Origin: Dehalococcoidia bacterium
GTDB taxonomy: Bacteria > Chloroflexota > Dehalococcoidia > Lucifugimonadales > CBDEGW01
Length of the DNA stretch: 64,000 bases
Direction of reading: 5' to 3'
Assembly (NCBI GenBank): GCA_965237935.1
Contig: OZ250168.1
Span: forward strand, 946,814 to 1,010,813
The notes under the pieces are model-generated. The model saw only the letters and a program-made list of their open reading frames with translations, had not been told where the DNA came from and searched no databases. Each line of letters starts with the position of its first letter. Positions within the stretch are counted from its first letter, which is position 1. The translations under genes were made by a program, and so were the position numbers. Shown one piece after another: positions 48,638 through 60,697 of the stretch.

Positions 48638-49891
48638 TTATTGGCCCAAGTCAACCGGCACTTGGCGATCCGAAACGATCTCGCCGCCTTCGATCTTCCA
48701 CACTTCGATGTGGCCTGTGATGACGTCACCGTTCTCGTCCAAGTCAACCGAGCCGGCAGCTCCCTCGTAGTTAATGTCCTTGCCATCGGCGATCAGCTCC
48801 ATGGCCCGCTTGATGCCCTCCTCTCCGGGCCTCACCACCTCGCCGGGGGGATTGGCCACGTCCCGGAGGGCGTCGCGAATAGCGGCAGAGTCCGTGGTGG
48901 TGTCGGCCTTGGCCGCAGCCAAGCCGATAAGGATCATCGCGTCGTAGGTTTCGTTCATGAAGGGATGCTCAGGCTCCATGTCGTAGGTCCTCATATAGGA
49001 GTCAATGAACGCCTGGGTTGACGGGTTGGCCTCGAAGCCCGGCCCGGTGCCATAGCTGCCTTCCAGAAGGTCCCAGCCGATGACTGCGAAAGATTCGGGG
49101 ATCTTGGTGCCGTCCACGAACAAGAAGGTGTCCGCATAACCGCCTTCCAGGGCCTGGCGTAGGTAAATCTCGGCCTGCTGGTAGCTGATAGCGATCAGGA
49201 CGTCAGGGTCGCCTTCGGTGGCCTTCTCCAACTCGGAAACGAAGGTAGGTTGGCTATCTTCGTGAGGCACCGAAGCGATTACCGTGCCACCCAATGCGGT
49301 AAACGATTCCGTGAACTGGGCCGCCAACCCTTCCCCATATGCGTTATTAATGTACAGGATGCCCGCGCTCTCGTAGCCCAACTCCTTGGCCAAATCCGCC
49401 AGAACCACGCCCTGAGAGGCGTCGGACAGTGAAGTACGGAACAGGAAATCGTTATCTTCCAGCACGGTTATGGCGGGCGCGGTCGATGCGCCGGAAACTT
49501 GCAGCACGCCGTTGGGGACGGTCACCGAAGTGGCGACAGGTATAGTTACACCGCTCGCCAACGCCCCCACGATCGCCACCACTCCCTGGACATTCACCAA
49601 CTCCTCAGCCGCGGACACGCCCTGGACCGGATTAACTGCGGTGTCGCGGTGAACCAAGACCACGGAGCCGCCCTGGATACCGCCAGCACGGTTGATGTGG
49701 TCCGCCGCCAGGCCGATACTGTTTGAGTGGGACTCGCCGAAGTAGGACAGCGACCCGGTGAGGGCGTTGAGGTGGCCGACAATCAACGGATCAGGCGCCT
49801 TTTCAGGTTCACTCTCGCAAGCGGCCACTGCCACAGTCAAAACGGCAAGCAGAGCAACTACCACCAAACGGAACTTATCGATCTTGAACAC
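48638..49891 (-). CDS. ABC substrate-binding lipoprotein (Liv/PBP type 1)
   Basis: Lipobox VAAC; FLFRT, NNAYG, INYEGAAG. Confidence 0.9.
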   Translation of the reverse strand: MFKIDKFRLVVVALLAVLTVAVAACESEPEKAPDPLIVGHLNALTGSLSYFGESHSNSIGLAADHINRAGGIQGGSVVLVHRDTAVNPVQGVSAAEELVNVQGVVAIVGALASGVTIPVATSVTVPNGVLQVSGASTAPAITVLEDNDFLFRTSLSDASQGVVLADLAKELGYESAGILYINNAYGEGLAAQFTESFTALGGTVIASVPHEDSQPTFVSELEKATEGDPDVLIAISYQQAEIYLRQALEGGYADTFLFVDGTKIPESFAVIGWDLLEGSYGTGPGFEANPSTQAFIDSYMRTYDMEPEHPFMNETYDAMILIGLAAAKADTTTDSAAIRDALRDVANPPGEVVRPGEEGIKRAMELIADGKDINYEGAAGSVDLDENGDVITGHIEVWKIEGGEIVSDRQVPVDLGQ

Positions 49892-50964
49892 CTTCCCTCC
49901 TCCTCAGGCTGATGCCATTTGCCAACCAGGATGAACGGGTTGAATGCAAAGGAGATTCGTCTCCTCAATACATTTCATATGATACATCGTCACCCTCTGA
50001 TCAACAACGATTGCCCTGCTGCCGGTCTACCGGCCTGTCAGGAAGTTTACCTCTATGCTGAATGTCTCGGCGTGGATATCGCTCACCCCGGTGGAGTGTT
50101 AAGTGGGCGGCGCTTTGCGGAAGCCTGTCGAACATGGTCGCTGTCCGGCCTGCTCCACCATTGATGAACACGAGGTACGGTTCTGTTGACTCTCGTACCA
50201 TCCAGAACCGAAGATCAGGCCGTCGTGCTTGACTACCCACGTGTGCTTCTACTCTTCCTTCTCAGTTGTAGGGTTCAGATAGACGTAACCGACCCACTTA
50301 CCTTCCTCTGTTGCCGTCAGCATGTCCTCGCCGAAGTTGTAGCTATTCACGTCCGTTCCCAACGGCCCTTTGATGTCTTCGCCTACGTTCGCAGACACCG
50401 TCGGGTGCACTATTACACAGTCGTTCTCGTCGAAGACGAAAACTTACCACTCGCCGTCCACGCTCTCCATCGTGCCGTGGTAGGCGAGGGCCGCGTCGCG
50501 CCCTTCGGCCTCGTAACGATCGATGGCCTGTGCCACGAACGCCTTGGTAAACTCCGCTGGATCGTCGGACTTGGAGATGGGCATGGGAGTGGGCGCGTCG
50601 CCGCTGCGTCCAGCGACGGAGAGAATCAGCACGCCCATTGGGACTAGACTGACCCTGGCGGCCATCGAACTTCTCGAACGAAGCAAATCGTTACCCCCCT
50701 TCTGTCCACTCAACGGCGCGGGGCTAGCCAATCCAGCCCCACTCTCGGAACCACACTCGCCTGACCATTGGTGAGTATAGCGGATTCTGATAATCAAGGG
50801 GGGCGTGCGCAACCACGCCGAAGCGTTGGGGGCAGCCCTGCTATAGCGCCAACCTAAACCTGAGCACGAAAGTTCTTGATTTTGTCCAGTTTGGTGGCCC
50901 AATCCCCACTCCAATGGTAGAAGAGGGGCCGAGGATGAGGGTTGCCGAGAGCGTTAGGTCCAGC

Positions 50965-51600
50965 CTAACGACGCCTCACAAGTACGTACACCACGATCCC
51001 CCCTACTACAAAGACAGTCGCAGCGACCACCAGAACGATTATCCACGCCCTGCCGACGCCCGTGTCCTGTGGTTGTTCGGGCGCTGGTCCGCCCGTCCCG
51101 GCTTGAGGAGCACGCCCTGCCCCGAGCGCATCGATGTCAGCTTGCGCTTGCCCGAGGAGGGCTGTTCGACTGCATATGCCACTGGTGTAGCCGCCGTCAG
51201 CATAATTGCTGTCGTGACCAAAGACGATGTACTCCTCTCCTTCGATGAAGGTGAACCCGCAACTCCCGCCGGTTGGTGGTGTGGTGATATACATTTCCTC
51301 ATGGACAGTGCCTTTCCACACCACGTTGACCTCAAAGCCAACAGTGGTGTGGTCCTCAGGGGAGACAGACGTTGCATCAGGGTCGAAGGAGTGTCGAACC
51401 GAGACCACTCTCCCCGCGAAGACTGCAGAAGACTTCTCCAGTTCTTCGGAAGCAGTCCCGGGTTGCGCACACTTACACGCGTAAACCTGCTCGGGGTTCC
51501 CAAGGAACCAGAGGATACCCACCAAGAGCGCGAGGCTCACTGCGGTTACTGATGCAGGCGTGAACCCAATCCACTGCCGTTTTGCAAACACTGGCCGCAT
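50965..51600 (-). CDS. Secreted, membrane-anchored TIMP/NTR-like protein
   Basis: Signal then A|CKC, VFAGRV, GSCG.F..GEEY, ICSRT; C-terminal TM. Confidence 0.7.
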   Translation of the reverse strand: MRPVFAKRQWIGFTPASVTAVSLALLVGILWFLGNPEQVYACKCAQPGTASEELEKSSAVFAGRVVSVRHSFDPDATSVSPEDHTTVGFEVNVVWKGTVHEEMYITTPPTGGSCGFTFIEGEEYIVFGHDSNYADGGYTSGICSRTALLGQAQADIDALGAGRAPQAGTGGPAPEQPQDTGVGRAWIIVLVVAATVFVVGGIVVYVLVRRR

Positions 51601-51727
51601 GACCTATTCCCTTTTCTCCTGAGTGGCTCTGTTATATGCCTCTATATAAGTAGGACGTTACGAGAACCTGAATGGTTCCAAAGAGTCTGCGTCTGCCGTG
51701 AGGTGAGGGATTCATCGGCAGTCGCCG

Positions 51728-52134
51728 CTAGCAGCCCGTCCGAGGATTATCTACACGGTGCTTGCGGGTCAGCGACAATGGATCGCGACAACTAATTTTG
51801 TCGGTTGCGGTCACGTCCCGTCAAGTATCCGTGTTAAATGTCAAGCCTTAGTCCTGCCATGAAGTGGACTGTTCAGGCGGTTAGCCGCACCCAAGGCCTA
51901 CCCCGGCGTGCAACGGCGTTGAGCTGCAACAGCAGCTTGCGCTGAGGTACCCTCAAAAAGTGTGTAAACAATCAGGCGGTGTACCCTCTCTTTGAATCAC
52001 ACACGGGATCGAGGCCCGAGAGAGGAGAAACACCGCCCATGGACAGAGGCCTAGATGGACATTTTCCCTGACCACTTAGGCGGACATAATCGCTGGACAT
52101 CGACACCGTTTACAAATTTACGCGTGAACGCTTT
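51728..52134. mobile_element. Cluster of IS ends (IS1182-type end; possible IS256-type remnant)
   Basis: CTAG-CAGCCCGTCCGAGGATTA matches the end at 7454; AAAGTGTGTAAAC...GTTTACAAATTT weak inverted ends. Confidence 0.4.
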
Positions 52135-52559
52135 ACTCGTCCATGTACGTCGCTGCCCGGCATGCGAGTGGCGCGGGTTCTGGATCAGCTGGGCGCCGAA
52201 CGGGGCCTGCCCGAGCTCATCGTGGTCGATAATGGACCCGAGTTCGCGGGGAGAGCGCTGGAGAGCATGGGCCTACGAGAACGGGGTGCGCCTGCACTTC
52301 ATCGCTCCGGGCAAACCAGTGCAGAACGCGTCCATCGAGAGTTTCAACGGACGGTTCCGGGACGAGTGCCTGAACGGGCACTGGTTCAGGAGCTATCCCG
52401 CAACTCGCCGGATCATGGACACTTGGCGGGATGACTACAATGCCGTCCGTGCCCACAGTACCTTGGGCAACCGAACGCCCCGGGAGTTCACACACCGGAG
52501 AGGTAGAGATACGCCGGTCGGATTCTAAGCTTCCATGGACCTAATTCAGGGGCAGGTCA
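52135..52559 (+). pseudogene. IS3-family (IS407 group) transposase remnant with right end
   Basis: VDNGPEF and PGKPVQNASIESFNGRFRDECLN in different frames; GGGGCAGGTCA end. Confidence 0.8.
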
Positions 52560-52830
52560 TGTTGTTCAGGCATCGGTGGCCCACATCTTGTGGGGACTGG
52601 TGGGCTTCCGATGGTACTCCTTGCCGCAGCCATTCGCACCTCAGGCCTCTTCACCAGCCCCTCCCTGCGTAAGATACGGGAGAACGTCGACGGCTATCGG
52701 AACTCCAACCACCCTCACACCATGGAGGCTACCAAGGTCATGACGCCGATGTCATCCCATCTCCAAGGCTTATTTATGCCCGCGGCCCGCAAAGCGCGTA
52801 CAATAGAGGGAACCAAGAGGGGCGGCCGCA

Positions 52831-53424
52831 ATGTCGATAGCCAACCTGGCACAGGATGGCCGGCTCATCGTGAAACAGAGAGTCGAGGGGTTCGAGGCCA
52901 TCACAGGCGTCGAAACACGAAATCGCTACGAAGTGCTGACACCGGAGGGCCAATCCGTGATGTTGGCCTACGAAGAGTCGGGCGGTTTGGGCAGGGTGTT
53001 CCTCAAGCGCAATCGGGCTCTCACCCTGCATATTGCCGGCCTGGATGGCCAGGACATCCTGGTGGCGAGGCGCGGCTTCTTCTGGCTGTTCCCACGGATG
53101 GACGTTCAGGACGGCACCAGGAGACCCCTGGGCACAATCCGCCGGAAGTTCGGGCTGCTAAAGCGGAGGCTGGTCATCGAGGACGCACGGGGCGAGACCG
53201 TCGCTGAAGTGAGTGGCGCCGTATTCCGGCGGTACACGTTCATACTCAATCGGAGGGGCGAGGAGATCGGCAGGATCACGAAGCAATGGAGCGGCGTGGG
53301 CCGGGAGATGTTCACCGACGCCGACACCTTCCTGGTCGAGTTGCCGGTGAAACACGGCGACGACCTGCAGTACCTTGTCCTTGCGACCGCATTTGCGGTT
53401 GACCTGGACTTCTTCGAGAGTTAG
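52831..53424 (+). CDS. Phospholipid scramblase/LURP-one-like protein
   Basis: ETRNRYEV, IGRITKQWSGVGREMFTDADTF, DLDFFE. Confidence 0.8.
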   Translation: MSIANLAQDGRLIVKQRVEGFEAITGVETRNRYEVLTPEGQSVMLAYEESGGLGRVFLKRNRALTLHIAGLDGQDILVARRGFFWLFPRMDVQDGTRRPLGTIRRKFGLLKRRLVIEDARGETVAEVSGAVFRRYTFILNRRGEEIGRITKQWSGVGREMFTDADTFLVELPVKHGDDLQYLVLATAFAVDLDFFES

Positions 53425-53473
53425 GTGAACCGGTCTCAGTGACCGTTACCGGTCTCCGGCAAGAAGGAATGGC

Positions 53474-53552
53474 ATGCAACCCCTGCTCAAAGCGAAGGAC
53501 CTGACCAAACGGTACGGATCCGTCGTCGCTCTTGATTCGGCGACTGTCGACC
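53474..53552 (+). pseudogene. Truncated ABC ATPase N-terminus
   Basis: PLLKAKDLTKRYGSVVALDS, after which the similarity stops. Confidence 0.5.
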
Positions 53553-53669
53553 GTCAAGGTTGCGTCTCTCGGCCTTGTACGACCAAAATGTCTGAGCTGC
53601 GGCCCTCGGTGGGTTCACAGAATGTCCACTACATCTGGAAGAGGGTACAGCCCAGCGTCCAAAGCAAAC

Positions 53670-55321
53670 TTACAGAGTCCCCAGCCACAGTTCGAAGACG
53701 GTTCTGTCTATCGTCAAAATAGGCCCACCATGACGTACCGAATTCATAACTCGCCCGTTCAGGGCGATCTCTGCGGCGTCCGCTCCCCCTATGGCAGAAT
53801 CCTCCGGCGTGGGTATGGAGTAGACGATGGCGGCCCGGCAGGGCTTGACCACGACCTCCTTGACGAAGGAGCCGACGAAGGCTTTGGTCTCGGTCAGCTC
53901 GCTGGTCTTGAGGAACTCGCTCATCTCGGCGGCGAAGGCGGCGATGGTGTCGGCGCTGTCGAGGAACTGCCGCTTCTCTTTCAGCAGCGCCCTCGCCTCC
54001 TCTGCGGCGATCTCCAGCTTCTCCTTGCGCTCCCGGTGCTCCCTGATGCGGTCGGAGGCGTCGGCCATCTCGGTGTCGGTCGTCTCGGTGTCGGTCGTCT
54101 CGATGTGGTTCCAGATGCGCCTCAGCCGCTTCTTCACGTCCTCAAGCTCCTCCTCGATGTTCTGAAGCCTCTCCCGCTGGTCGCGGGCCACCCCGTCCAT
54201 CTCCTCGTCCAGCAGCTTCACCAGGTCTCTGATGTTGGACTCGGTGAGGATGTTGGCGCGAATCTCGTTGACGATGAGCTTCTCGAAGCTCTTGCCGTTG
54301 AGCCTGGGGGTCTTGCAGGTTCCCTTGCCCCGCTTGAGCAGGGAGTGGCAGATGTAGTAGGTGTACTTGCCGCTCTTGGCCTCGGCTGCGGTCATGGCCT
54401 TGCCGCAGGTCTCGCACTTGGCGATGCCGCTCAGGAGGTAGGGGCTGGAGGCGCGGCGGGGGTTCACCTTCTTCGGGGCGCGGGACCCGAGCAATCTCCT
54501 GGCCTTCTGGAAGTCCCGCTTGGAGACGATGGCGGGGTGTGCGTCCTCGACGCGCACGGGCGGCGCTCCGTCCTTGGCTTTGGCTCCCCAGACCAAAGTG
54601 CCGGTGTAGGCTTCGTTGGAGAGCATGGTGTGGATGGTGGTCTTGAGCCACTTCTTGCCGTTGGTGGTTGGGATGCCCTCGGCGTTGAGGGTCTTGGTCA
54701 CGTCGAGGATGCTCTTGCCCTGTAGCACCATGTCGAAGACCCGTCTGACCACGGCGTCGGCGGGCGGGTTCAGCTCCAGGATGGGGCGCTTCGCGGCCCC
54801 ATCCTGGACGTGGACCCGCTTGTAGCCGTAGGGGGCGTAGGTGGTCATCCAGAAGCCTCTCGACGCGGCCTCCCGCATCCCCCGGACAACCTCCTGGGCA
54901 AGATTTTCGCTGTAGAATTCGTCCACGCTCTCGATGATGGCCTCAAGGAGCTTGCCCGTGGGGGTGTCGTCGGCCTGCTCGGTGATGGAGACGACCCGGA
55001 CGCCGCGCCTGCGGAGCATGGACTTGAAGGCGACGGCGTGCTCGCGCTTTCGGGTGAATCGGGAGAATTTCCAGACGAGAATCTCCTTGAAGGGAGCCTG
55101 GGCTTGTTGGCCTCGTTCAGCATCTTCTGGAACTCGGGCCGGTCGGCGATGCGCCCGCTCTCAGCCTCGTCCACGTACTCGCGGGCGACCAGGTAGTCGT
55201 GTTTCTCGGCGTAGTCCCGGAGCGCCCTTAGCTGGGCGGCGATGGACAGGTCCACGTCCTGGCGGTCGCTGGACACCCTGGCGTAGAGGGCCGCTGGCGT
55301 GAGATCAAATCGCTCTGTCAT
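53670..55321 (-). pseudogene. Large serine recombinase with a 1-nt frameshift near 55099
   Basis: YARVSS catalytic motif in one frame; VWKFSRFTR, PYGY, YLLSG.AKC in the next. Confidence 0.8.
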
Positions 55322-55554
55322 TGGTCTGTCCTCCTTGTGTCTTCCTGCTCTGTAGTCCGGCGGGAGCGCAGCCGTTCCAGCCGCTCCCGTCTGCGCCACT
55401 CCCGCTCCTCCATGTAGAGGCGGATGGCCTCCCGCAAGAGTTCGCTCACGGTGCGGTCCTCCTCCTTGACCACCTGCCGCAGCTGCTGGGCCATCTCCGG
55501 CGGTAGGGAGAAGGTGATGGTGTCCGTGTTCCTGGGCTTGGGCTTGGTGGGCAT
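55318..55554 (-). CDS. CopG/RHH DNA-binding protein
   Basis: TITFSLPPEM...TVSELLREAIRLY. Confidence 0.8.
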   Translation of the reverse strand: MPTKPKPRNTDTITFSLPPEMAQQLRQVVKEEDRTVSELLREAIRLYMEEREWRRRERLERLRSRRTTEQEDTRRTDQ

Positions 55555-56754
55555 GGCGTGCTTCTCTCGCCTGTTATTATAGCACAGCGTCTTACTCTTA
55601 TCATCTCCCACCCGTAGCTCTGCCGTCAAGGGAGCGCGGGCGAGAATCGGGCCGGAAGCCGGTCCTGGGCCTGCGACATTGAAGCTGCATGGGAGCACGC
55701 AATTTCAGGCCCGGACTACGGGAGGAGCGAGGTCCCCCGCAAAAGAGCCGGTTCCGGCGAGAGTTCCTGAAAGGGAAGCCGGGAAGCGAATGGCCGCAGC
55801 TAAGTTGCAGCCACATTCCAGCTACGTGAAGGCAAGTGATCATCCGGGGGCCGTCCGGGGCTGTGCAGGTCGTCCAGGGGCCGTCTGAAGCCGTAAAATG
55901 CCGCTCCGGGAGCCGGATGTGGTGTCGTACCCGTGTACAGGGATTTGCGTCAGCTCCCAAAAGGGAGGTCGGGGGTCGTTTTGAACGTGAAACAGGCGGG
56001 AAAGAAGGGAAGTGGAGCCAATCCTGCGAGCACTTTGGCGAAAGGGTTGGTTCCGGAAAAGTGGCAGCAGTTCCCAAAAGGGAAGTCAAACGGAGAACGG
56101 GGTGATCAGGGCCGGTGGCGGTCGCAGCGCAGCCGCATCGGAGCAAGCAGTTCGGAGGCCCGTTCAGGCCGCGTGAGGCAGGCTGAATCCCCCCCTACAG
56201 GACCCTAAGGTATGTGGGGGTGTGTGACGGCGCGAGTGGCGTGGTCGTGTGGTGGAGTCCTGGGCGTTGGCAACCGGCGTCGTGCGAGAGGCTGAGTCGG
56301 GGCCGGTGCAGTCAGTTCCAGGTCGGGCGCCGACCAGGGCGGTTCGACTGCACGACGGAGCCTGGGCCGAGCCGCTGTGCGGGATCACGTTGGCTCTGAA
56401 GGACCTGAGGCTCGACTCAGGCAGGGTGCGTTAGGGGGGACTGTGGACGTGCCCGGGCTCGCGCAGAGGCCCCCCTCGCAGGGCCTGATATTTGGCAGGC
56501 CGGTTGTGGTGTACTACCCGTGTACAGAGAAAGTCGTGGATGAGCAAGTTGCATCCAGGTCGTGGGCATAGCTGATATCCGAAGGGGTCGGGCAGCCTGC
56601 TAAATCAGAGCGAGCAATCTGGTTCCGGGGTTCCTTCCACGAGGTGGATGCAAGGGCCGTAGTCGAGAAGGACAAGTTGCGTACTGGGGAGTACCGGCGG
56701 TCGTGAGCAAAGCCCCCTACAGGATGGTGCAAGTTGCTCGGAGAGGCTGGAAGC

Positions 56755-57612
56755 ATGAGACAGGGTGAGCCGGTCATCGAGGAGAGCAGGGCCGTGGAGG
56801 ACGTTCACCACCTGCGGCTGATGGCGCTGCTGCACGAGCTGGTGCGGGAGAAGGGGAACAGGGGAGCGGCGTCTGCGTTGGGCCTGGACCCCAGGACGGT
56901 GGCCTCATGCATGAAGACGGGAAGGCTGTCCTGGCGGGTGCGGGAGGCGTTGGAGCAGGGGCTACAGTCGGGGGCAGGCTCGGCGGCGGCCCGGCAGCGG
57001 GAGCGCAACGATGCCCTCAAAGGTCGGGTGGGAGAGTTGGAAGGGAAGCTCCGAAGCGGGCTCGACGAGGTTAGGGCAGCCGTCGCAGGAGAGGTCGAGG
57101 CTCTGCGGGAGGAGCAGGCCAAGGCGATGCGGCACGTGGAGCGGCGACTGGTGCGGTTGGAGGCTGGAAGGAGCGCGCAGGACGGGATGGAGAGGACATC
57201 CCCGACCGGCGCGGAGCCTGAGCCGTCGAAGCGAAGATACGTCCGCCCCAGAACGCACCCCCAGTTGGTGACCCTGGAAGCCGAACCCGATGAAGACCTC
57301 GTGTACGGTGACGCTACGTCGGTGATCGTCGAGTGGCGCAGGGTGCGGGCAGAGTTCCTCAAGACCCTGAAGACCGGCACCACGCTGGACAGGACGGAGG
57401 TCCAGGAGCCAATGTTGGAGCTGGAAATCGCCATCGTCGGGGAGCACGAGCTGACGCTGCCTCCGGCTTCGTTCCCCTGGGACCAGTTCGACCGGCGGGA
57501 TCAGCTCTGGGAGCGGACGCAGGACCTCAAGCGGGTCCGGGCGGAGCGGGAGCGGGCGTTGCTGAGGCGTTGGCTGCGCCGGGTTCTTACCTTCGGACTG
57601 TGGCGGAACTGA
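56755..57612 (+). CDS. Hypothetical HTH/coiled-coil protein
   Basis: AASALGLDPRTV; long ORF. Confidence 0.6.
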   Translation: MRQGEPVIEESRAVEDVHHLRLMALLHELVREKGNRGAASALGLDPRTVASCMKTGRLSWRVREALEQGLQSGAGSAAARQRERNDALKGRVGELEGKLRSGLDEVRAAVAGEVEALREEQAKAMRHVERRLVRLEAGRSAQDGMERTSPTGAEPEPSKRRYVRPRTHPQLVTLEAEPDEDLVYGDATSVIVEWRRVRAEFLKTLKTGTTLDRTEVQEPMLELEIAIVGEHELTLPPASFPWDQFDRRDQLWERTQDLKRVRAERERALLRRWLRRVLTFGLWRN

Positions 57613-57741
57613 TGTGGGGGCTGTCGTGCTGCATGGGTGATGGGCATAGAACTTCTCGTTGGTATTGACCATAGGTGTCTAGAAGCATATTCTTGAATAG
57701 TGCTCAAGGCCACAGGGTAGGACTCTTAGGAGGCACCGAAT

Positions 57742-57983
57742 ATGGCTTCAACCAAACGCCTGATCCCGACCGGCGATTGCTGGTGCGGGTGCGGCGCAGA
57801 GACGGCAATCGGGGCATTCTTCCTGCCGGGCCATGACAAGGCCGCCGAGTCCGCCGTGATCTCCGTCGAGTACGGCGGCGTTCCTAGGTTCCTGGTGCAG
57901 CATGGCTACGGACCGGAGGGCAAGAATCCCAGACGCGAAGTGGACAGGTGGCGGTCCGAGGGCAAGCGTGGGGGTGAGGCATC

Positions 57984-57987
<4 letters not shown>
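57742..57987 (+). CDS. Small CxCGC protein
   Basis: CWCGCG...FLPGHD; GGAGG RBS. Confidence 0.65.
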
Positions 57988-59584
<1,597 letters not shown>

Positions 59585-59588
<4 letters not shown>

Positions 59589-60271
59589 ACGTCATCGATT
59601 CCCTATTCACTACCGAGTTTCAGGGAGATGGCAGCAGTAGCTCAATCACGCTATCCAATTATGCTAGCCGGTTCATTGCTGATATTGAGTGCCTGTTCGG
59701 ACCTCGAGACCGCTCCTTTACGCTGATCGGCATCGTCATAGACAGGACGCCGGGCAACCTGCCACAGCTATGGTTTCCAGACAGCGGTATTCCGCCTGGC
59801 AATGTCGAAGGGAGGTCCAAGCATGTGGTGATCCGGCTGAGCCGAAATGCGCTTACTGACTCGGCACGTGCGCGATGGCAGCTTGCGCATGAATGCGTCC
59901 ATGTGCTCGATCCTTGGAATCTAAGAGTAGATGGACGGCCTGCCAGCTGGCTCGAAGAAGGACTGGCAACTTGGTACCAGAACACGCGCGTGCCAGAAGC
60001 GGAGTGCCACGAAGGGTTGTATGCCGTAGCCGAGGACCTCATAAGGCCTCTAATGGCGTATCTGCCAGGCGCTGTGAGAAGCATCCGTCAAGAACGAAAG
60101 CTACGCATTAGCGAGATTATCCCGGACGTCCTAAGGAGCTATTGCCCTGGAATTAGTAACCAGACTTCATGGAGATTATGCCAGCCTTTCAGTAACCAGA
60201 CCGAGCCTGCCCAGCAGGACGCGGCCATTGAAGAGACCCTCAATATCCCGGGGGTTGGGGCGGAGGAATAG
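59585..60271 (+). CDS. HExxH putative metallopeptidase (ImmA/IrrE-like)
   Basis: QLAHECVH...WLEEGLA. Confidence 0.6.
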
Positions 60272-60274
60272 GCC

Positions 60275-60697
60275 ATGCCGATCAACACGGATTTCCTCGT
60301 CCGCTGCATCAATACGCTGGAGTCGGCCTTTGAGCAGTTGCAGCAGCGTGAACCGGGCGATACTTTCTATGAAATCTTTCGCGCCGCTTCCGTAAAGGAG
60401 TTCGAAATCGTGCTGGAGCAGTCCGGCAGCCTGCTGAAGAAACGCTTGCGGCCCTACTTCGCCAGCAATAGGCAGGCGGATCGGCTGACCTTCAAGGACG
60501 CCTTCCGGCACGCCGCCAAGCATGACCTCATATCGATGGAAGCCTGCGAGCGCTGGTTCGCCTACCGGGATAACAGGAACGACACTGCACACGACTATGG
60601 AGAGAGGTTCGCGGAGACGACGCTCAAGTTGCTGCCGGACTTCATCACGGACGCCAGAGAACTTGCGAGGGTCATATCTGAGGGCGGCGATGACTGA
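60275..60697 (+). CDS. HEPN protein (HI0074-type nucleotidyltransferase substrate-binding family)
   Basis: VKEFEIVLE, FKDAFR, RNDTAHDY (Rx4H). Confidence 0.85.
   Translation: MPINTDFLVRCINTLESAFEQLQQREPGDTFYEIFRAASVKEFEIVLEQSGSLLKKRLRPYFASNRQADRLTFKDAFRHAAKHDLISMEACERWFAYRDNRNDTAHDYGERFAETTLKLLPDFITDARELARVISEGGDD

Noticed and set aside
50444-50914. Cache-like sensor gene
   Set aside because: Only a short fragment (FVAQAIDRYEAEGRDA) with no intact frame.
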